Below are positions 55,757-64,000 of a stretch of 64,000 bases of DNA, piece after piece. The position numbers and the translations under genes are program-made. Each line of letters begins with the position of its first letter. The stretch's first letter is position 1. This DNA comes from Octopus sinensis (taxonomy: Eukaryota), in contig NC_043001.1 in NCBI RefSeq assembly GCF_006345805.1, positions 71,052,001-71,116,000 on the forward strand, read 5' to 3'. Under the pieces are notes generated by a model. That model saw only the letters and a list, made by a program, of their open reading frames with translations, was not told the DNA's origin and did not search any database.

Positions 55757-56248
55757 TAAGGATGTGGAAAAGATAACTCAAATGGTCTGAGTAAATTCAT
55801 TTGGGGGCTTAAAGATGAGAAAATAGATATTTAATTGTATTGGAATATTATTAGCCATGCGAAATCTTATAATCTTACAATCAAAAGATGTGATTAATGT
55901 TCTGAAGCATTATATCAAATATTTATTTCACGTAAATTCTGAATAAAACTTTGCCTATACCCATGCGAGTAAATTTGTTTTTGTTAAATATAAGTAGGTT
56001 TCAATTATTTCATTAGTATTGATAATTTATAAATCTGACTGATTTTTTAATTCATGTTAATTTATATCAATATGCCATTAATATATCTTTAGAAGTAATA
56101 TTTATACTGTTGACATAAATTAGATAAGGTTAGTCATGATACGAATACATTATTTTAATCATTTAATTAATGACATTATTGGTTATAAGTATGTAATATA
56201 AGTCATTAGGTTTATATATATACATGTATGTGTATATGTATTTATGTA

Positions 56249-56296
<48 letters not shown>

Positions 56297-57292
56297 AAAT
56301 TTTTATTTCCCGTAAATTACTTTTGAATACACATAAAATTTTAGCCTGTACACATGTGAGTACACTTTTTGCAAGATATAACTAGATTTTTAATATTTCA
56401 TTAATATAAATAAATAATAAAATCTGACTGTGTTTGCAAGTTATTCATTTAGTTGATAGCAATATCTTATTAATATATATGTTAGTACTAATATCTATAC
56501 GGAGGATATAATTTAGATAAGGGATAGTCATTATATGGAATAAATCAGCTTTTTTTATGTCATTTTTAATTATTTACTCATAGAATTTTTTGCTATAAAT
56601 ATAATTATGTTCATATATATGTAAATTATATAAATTATATTGTAGGATATGATAGTTTATTTTAAGAATCTTTATTATATTGTATTTCTTTTTCTCTTAA
56701 ATTGTTTTGCAACATGTGGTGATAAGTGTGAGTGAGAAATGTGTGTGTGTGTGTGTGTGCGTGTGTGTGTATGTTTGTATATATGTATATATATATATAA
56801 AAATATGTCACAATGTGTCTATGTATGTATGTATATATGTATGTATTTGTATGTATATTTGTACGTATGTATATATGTATATGTATGTATATATATATAT
56901 ATATATAATATATATATACATATATATATATACATTGTATGTATGTAGTGAAAGATATAAGTCAGAGGTAATTTACCATATAACAGTTAGATGTACCCAT
57001 AGCCACACCTGGTTTTACCTGAGTATGTATGGTCCTTGTTATAAGGTATATGTTAGTAGGTAATTTAAAGGTAATATTCATATATATAAAGACGATAAGA
57101 AATGGAGCAATAAACAGTGAGAAGTGGATCGTTGGTGTTATAAAGTCATTATTTAATTAAGAAGAGGTGTATGCTTACAGCTGCTTCAGTATATCAAGCT
57201 AGGGTAAATTTGCATTTACCTCGCTGCAATTATTAGACATCATCGGAACGATTATATAGCAAAGATAAATAGAAGGAAAATATAAAGTAAGT

Positions 57293-57357
<65 letters not shown>

Positions 57358-57872
57358 CCGTAAATCTTCGAGTATAATCCCCCCATTTTCCCCAAACTTT
57401 AAATGTTAAAATGCCTAGTGCGTGATATATGCGAGGTTAAAAATGAAAAATATTTGCTAAGCAATGTCTCTATTTGCCGTCCGGTTTTGTTCGGATGCAT
57501 TTTGTGAAGTCGGGTGCGAAAATACCTTGAGTTAAGTTTGAAAGCAATGAAGTTACAAAAGAATCATCCATAACTTGCAGTAAGCAACATTTATAAAAAA
57601 TAATAGTTTTCAGAACACAGAATAACTTGTAAAAAAAATAACGATTTGCAAACATATTCACATTCCCGTATAACATTTAAGAACATCACCATTATTGTTT
57701 TACGCATGCGCGGAAGTGTTTGTTCGACTAGGTGCTGCTGGCTTAATTACGCACGACTCAAGTTAGAGAAGGGGTGCGTATTATACACAAGGTTTAGGTT
57801 TTTCAGAAGTACTGCCCCCTAAAATCCCCTGCGTATTATACTCAAGGGTGGACTATACTCAAAGATTTACGG
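57358..57872. mobile_element. Non-autonomous TA-targeting DNA transposon (pogo/Tigger-like MITE)
   Basis: TIRs CCGTAAATCTTCGAGTATAATCC and CCGTAAATCTTTGAGTATAGTCC (reverse complement), embedded in (TA)n. Confidence 0.85.
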
Positions 57873-58222
57873 ATATATTTATATATATATATTTAATTTG
57901 GTACCGAAATGCATTGCGAATAAGCCCGCCATTTTCATAGATATGTAAAGATAAACATTCGTACATGCTACGACAAATTCTGCGGTTGGCTGTCGGGTTT
58001 GTAATGTTATGTTTTTTCTTATATGTCTTGAGTTTGTTGCACTGATGAGCATAGAATGCATATTCTGCATTAATTGCGAAATCACAGGTGATATGTAACT
58101 AAATTCTTTATTTTAAATGACTTGCTTTGAAGTTTTCCATTCGGTACAATTTGTTTATTTTAGTAGTTTTGACCGCAAAGGGTCCCTCCTAGCGTGCGGT
58201 ATCTATGAATAGTAGTACCCTC

Positions 58223-58289
<67 letters not shown>

Positions 58290-58580
58290 TAATTCTTTTT
58301 ATCCTTATGTTCATTTTTTATATCTAAATGTTCATATTTTCATATTTGTGGATATTTATCTACCTATTACGGTTTATGTCTGTATATATGCATATGATAG
58401 TAGATATGTTAGTGGGTTATGTGTGTGTGTGCGCATATGTTGTGTATTTATGTAAATAAATTTATATGTGGGAGTATCTAATTTTACGTATAAATATGTG
58501 TGTGTATATATGTTTTTATATTTTTTTACATATGTTTATGTGTATGTATATATGTGTGCATATTGATGTGTGCGTGCATA

Positions 58581-58624
<44 letters not shown>

Positions 58625-58682
58625 TATATATATATATATATATATATACGTATATGTATGGATATTTATGTATGTATTCAGG

Positions 58683-58714
<32 letters not shown>

Positions 58715-59868
58715 GTTTGTTTGCGTGGGTATATGTTTAACTATTTTTCAGCCAAATTTGAATAGATGAAATAACTTTATTTATGATCTATATATTTTTT
58801 ATACCTTTGCTTTCTACTTCATTTATGTTCGGTATAGTTATATGTATGTGTATGCATGCATTTGCAGGATAATTAGTATATATGAATATATATATTCATA
58901 TAATTAACATTTAAAAGGTACATATTTTAATAGTTTTATTCATTAATTATCTTCTATCTGATTTTCACTCATTCTAAATATCGCTTAATAATTGACCATA
59001 TATTTTTGTTGTATTTATCTCAATTCCTCCACATCTAGTATTTGCCTCTTCTTCTAACCGAATCTATCTATGGAAGCGCATAATTTCTTCTATTTTCTAA
59101 GTTTCCTTAATATCATAGTATCACCTCAAACTTTACCTTCGTTTCTCTTCCTATGAATTGATAATTTTAATTACTTTTATCAATTTAGTAAATTAACCGC
59201 GCTTAGCCTTGTATCTGTGTTTGTACATATATATATATGTATGTGTATGTGTGTGTGTTTATGCATGTATGTATGCATGTATGCATGTATGCATGTATGT
59301 ATGTATGTATGTATGTATGTATGTATGTATGTATGTATGTATATATATATGTGTGTGTGTGTGTTTTTGTGCGTAAATGAGTGTACATGTATATGTGCAT
59401 GTGTGTAAATATGTTTATATGGAATACTTAATTATTTAATTTCTCTACTCCTATAATTTAATAACCGGTCTATTGTTTGTTTATATATCACCATTATTCA
59501 TATTTTTGCATGGGTATGTCTGCGTTATTATTATAATCATTTATATTAATTTATGACTATAACTTTTTTTTATAAATGTATCTATTTTCATTCAGGTATA
59601 TATTTCTAACTTTAATAGTACACCGTATTCTTTTCAATGATTTTATTTTATTTTACATATGATAAATTTCCTTGTATGTTCTTACCTGAAGATATTCTTG
59701 TTTATAGTAATTAACTAAATTGATTTGGTTAAATTAAAATAAATTTGCTTGATTGTATTCTGCACGGGATAATTGAAACAATGGTAGAACTCGTCTTGTT
59801 AATGTATTAATAAAATGTTATGAATCTTATCTCCATCTTTTCTCGTTTTTTTTTATAATATTATATAT

Positions 59869-59923
<55 letters not shown>

Positions 59924-59934
59924 ATATATATATT

Positions 59935-60013
<79 letters not shown>

Positions 60014-60123
60014 ATATATATATATGCATGAACACTATCAACGCGAAAAGTACGTGCATGTATTGTGTTATGAAACTGCATGTTATCGAAGGCTTAAATT
60101 CAACTGTTTGCAACTATATGTAT

Positions 60124-60520
60124 ACTAGCAGAATTGCCCGGCGATGCTCGGGGCTGAATTGCTTGAAATTACTGTTAATGTTTGCACTGAATTATGATGA
60201 TTATTCAGGCAAATATTGATATAAGTTTACGGCGAATGAATGTATTTGTAAGTGTATAGAAAGCCGTGTAAAGGGGTTCCTACCCCCTCGTAGAATGGTG
60301 TAAGAATTGAATGCGAGGTTGCCTTGAAAAGAGCCATGTTATTTTTCTCATAATTGTAAGAATTTGATAGTCGTGGAAGGCGGTGTAAAACGTTTGCAGG
60401 TGAATAGGGTCTCTTCGATTTCCACGAACAGCAGCGGGTGTGTTGTTACAAAACTTCATGCTGTGTTAAAAGAGAATGGATGCCATATATAGGCAAGAGG
60501 GGAATGAAGCATGGGTAAGT
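60124..60520 (-). mobile_element. Helitron 3' end
   Basis: Minus strand CCCGAGC-ATC-GCCGGG hairpin, short spacer, CTAG|T; upstream extent uncertain. Confidence 0.65.
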
Positions 60521-60589
60521 AAATATGGGTAATTTATAAAATATAGAACATGCATGTATATATATATATGTATGTATGCTTGTATATAT

Positions 60590-60728
60590 GTACAAAATCT
60601 ACTGAGAAGGCTTTTGTTGGTCTGAAGCTACAGCAGAAGACACATGCCAAGTCACCACACAGTGGAACTGAACCCAGGACCATGTGTTTGGAACGTAGTT
60701 TGTTACCACACAGCCACACCTGCCCCTA
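60590..60728 (-). mobile_element. SINE family B head
   Basis: gaagacacatgccaagtcaccacacagtggaactgaacccaggaccatgtg..ccacacagccacacctgcc. Confidence 0.8.
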
Positions 60729-63249
60729 TGTATATGTGTGTGTGTATGTGCGTTTGCGTATGTGTGTATGGGTAGATGTATTATGCATGTATATATGTGT
60801 ACATATTACATGTACATCTATATATATACATCTACACATGAAATACAAAATACAAAGTTATATCTTGATATCGCTAGTGATAACAATACTCAAAATATAT
60901 AACAGACTGGAATTGTAGGCCCGTCTCTTGCAATTTCGATCAATTGGATCTTGTCCTCCCTCTTGTATAGAAGTGTACGGCTGCAGCGAAATTCATTTTT
61001 GGACTTTCTTCTATCGAAGGCATTTTAGCAAAAATGCTTCCGTAAAGACGGTGAAAATATTGTCAATTTCCCCAAACAGAGACAATTCAATTTTTAAACA
61101 ATAACCAAAGCCCCTTCTCCGAAAGGGGGAGGGTTTCGGTTTACAAATATTTAACAAATGCAACACAACAACGTTTCCTTGACGAGGAACCAACAAACGT
61201 TATTACAATAGTCAAACAGTAACAATAATAACAACAAACCTTTTTAATTTATCCCCATTTATATGAAACCACTTATTCAAGTTCAAATCATTGAGGCAAT
61301 TTTATACGAATTGCTAATACACACACACATAATAAGGGTGAAAAATTAAATATTAATTTGATTAATATGAATTGAAAACCAGTGATATAGCATATAGCGG
61401 ATCTTCCTCTAGCAAAAAGGATGACCAGTATTAATGGCTCATCCCTGTTATATAAATACTTTCACTTTAATTGTTGCACACTTGCAAAGAGAAAGTATGA
61501 GAAAGTGTGGTGGTAATGGAAGGAGTGAAGCACTTGAAATGAGAGAGGGAAATCGTAAAATATTGCGTTTTCTCAATATTTCTTAATTGGGGGTGAAATT
61601 GAAAAACCTTTACATGCCATGACCCAATGGAATCTACTTCGAAAATTCATAGGTAAATCCCAATTGAAGAAATTCTATATTGTACAATTGTATAAAAACC
61701 GAACGATTTGAGAGGCAGAGAAAATCTGCCTTTTATCATAAGAGATAAACTGATGAAATTGTATTTTGCTATTGACTGCTTTCGAATTGATTGACCTCAT
61801 ACTGACCAGGACACCTTTCATCATCTTAGACCAATCTTTATTCCTCCTTCCCCTCTCGTTCATATTCTTTCTCTAATTCTAACCTCAGTCTATCCTCTCT
61901 TAAACTGTTTCCTTTGCTAATATTCACAGAAATTAATTCCAATTAACCATGAACTTATGTTGCAAAATGCAAACGACAATAAAAGAAAATAGCGATTTCT
62001 TCTTTTCCTCTTTCTCAGAAGGATCCGACAATAATTTCCGGAAATGCTTCTCCTAACAGCATACGAAATATAACATCTTCATAATTTACTGTTAAAAATT
62101 GTTTTTTTTTAAACATAGATTCTTAACAACATAGATTACTTAGATTATTGTATTTCGACTGCTATTTACAATTCATATATATACATTGTATGACTCTATA
62201 TCATATATCACTCTATTCGCCATCATACCTGTCTTTCTGTGATATTTCGGTTTTAGTTTTAACCCCTTTCTTCAGCGATTCATCCCATCTCTTGTTTTCA
62301 TCTTTCTTAATAACACTACTTTCCGTTTATGATTATTTATTATATTTCGTTTATCATTTTCCTGATTGTTTAATTCTCACCTTTTCTTCATTTACCTTAT
62401 TCCTATTTTTCATTTGTATAATTTGGTTTTCTTTTTATGTTATTTTTCAGTTTAATTTCTCTCATCTTTTTAATATATTTTTATATTTGTCATTCCATTA
62501 AATATTCGAGTGATAATTCCTTGTAGATGCAAAGTACTTAAAATGGATTTATGCGACATACCCTTTGAATGTATATGTGCGTATGTGTGTGTGTACGTAC
62601 ATAGGCTTATATATATGTGTGTGTGTATATATATATATACGTATGTATATATTATTAGTATATATGTCTGTGTCAGCGCGCGTATGTGTGCACATATATA
62701 TGTATACCTGTATGTATGAATACGTTTGAGCGTGTATGTATATTTGAGTGTGTATGTATGTTACCATACAAATATATCGATATAGCGCTACCATACTGAT
62801 GTATTCCTGTAATTAATATGCACTTATGCCGCACCATTTTCCGACTATGGTGCCTCTCACAATATGTGCAAGACTTCATAATGTTAAATGCCTAAATTCA
62901 TTCTCAACAGCAGTTTTCCTACTTTGCTCTGAAAAGCAAAAATATACCTAACTTTATCCATAATGGTTTATATATATGTACACATATATACATATGTATA
63001 CATATACATATATATACATATGTGCATATATCAATAATAATAATGGGTAAAATTAATTAATTAATTAATAATTAATAATTTTCCCAAGTACTTCAGTATT
63101 TTAAAACAACCATTATCGGTAAACTTAAACAAAATTTTTATAATTATGAGTATAACTATAATTAGGCTCCAGCAAAATATTTGCTTCACCACATACCGAA
63201 ATTTAGAAATAGCAGTTAAAACTAGCTATTTCTCTACCATAATTGATTC

Positions 63250-63334
63250 ACTGTAGACGCGTTTCGGAGTTAGATAGATGTCAAAAATATAAAAACCACG
63301 TTTCCACTTTATCATTCTCACTCTTCAGTGGAGT
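63250..63334 (-). ncRNA. Type I hammerhead motif, core intact, stem I damaged
   Basis: ACTCCA-CTGAAGA-GtGAG..CTCC-GAAA-CGCGTC-TACAGT. Confidence 0.7.
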
Positions 63335-63838
63335 AATTCAAGATTTTAAATTTGAAAGCACTGTAAAAATTAAACATATTTATCTGATCAAGCGACATTA
63401 AACCACATATATCCAACAACCAGTACTTCCGAATTCAAACTGACGAATGAGATCTCGTATTCCCCCTCAGTTACCCACGTGTACTAATGAGTAAAAACTC
63501 TACAGAAAAATGTATTTTACTAACAGGGAGAAATTTATTTTATCAATAATAATAAAGGGTAAAAATAGTTAATTAAATTAATTAATAATTAATAATTTTA
63601 CCAATTAGTTCAGTTTGTTAAAAGAACAATTATCGGTAAACTTAAACAAAAGTTTTTATAATTATGAGTATAATTATAATTAGGCTCCAGCAAAATATTT
63701 GCTTCACCACATACCGAAATTTAGAAATAGCAGTTAAAACTAGCTATTTCTCTACCATAAGAACATCTCCCAGGCAACAATACTCAACAACCTACGCAGG
63801 CAAAGGGAAAAAATAATGAATGCACCCGGCTTTGATTA

Positions 63839-63923
63839 ACTGTAGACGCGTTTCGGAGTTAGATAGATGTGAAAAATGTAAAGATCACATTTTCACTCTA
63901 TCATTCTCTCTCTTCAGTACAGT
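63839..63923 (-). ncRNA. Type I hammerhead ribozyme with intact core and extended stem II
   Basis: ACTGTA-CTGAAGA-GaGAG..GATAGA GTGAAAATGT gatcttt ACATTTTTCAC a TCTATC..CTCC-GAAA-CGCGTC^TACAGT: 6-bp stem I, full core, palindromic ACGCGT stem III, GUC site. Confidence 0.85.
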
Positions 63924-64000
63924 AATTCACGATTTAAAATTTGAGATCACTGTAAAAATTAAACTTACTTATTTGATCAAGCGACATCAGACAACATACA

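Larger units (their letters stand above)
63029..64000 (-). repeat. Tandem ~590-bp non-coding repeat, one hammerhead per unit (runs off the window edge)
   Basis: Unit starts tatcaataataataa.gggtaaaa at 63029 and 63541; unit 1 lacks ~75 bp present in unit 2. Confidence 0.92.

Noticed and set aside
57899-58219. GGTAC..GTACC ends as a Merlin-like MITE
   Set aside because: The inverted match is only 5 bp and no target-site duplication is visible.

Overview
AT-rich eukaryotic non-coding DNA, densely packed with microsatellites and decayed transposable elements. The SINE families and repeat landscape resemble an octopus (cephalopod) genome; this is an inference from pattern recognition, not a search result. 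I cannot support any intact host-gene exon, and almost all listed ORFs are microsatellite artefacts or transposon fragments. Recognisable elements are: Tc1/mariner transposons (one DD37D, two DD34D, one DD34E), Penelope-like retroelements of Naiad and Neptune type, a Dong/R4 LINE in (TAA)n, a Tx1-like LINE 3' end on a (TATC)n tract, a BED-finger hAT fragment, MITEs, Helitron ends and about 20 tRNA-derived SINE copies. The strongest unexplained signal is a set of hammerhead-ribozyme motifs. One has an intact core and an unusually long stem II and lies in a ~590-bp tandem non-coding repeat (63.0-64.0 kb), with a diverged relative at 10.1 kb showing compensatory stem I changes; it is retrozyme-like or a Penelope terminal repeat. 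A second notable signal is a SINE whose 3' tail matches the 3' end of the Tx1-like LINE.
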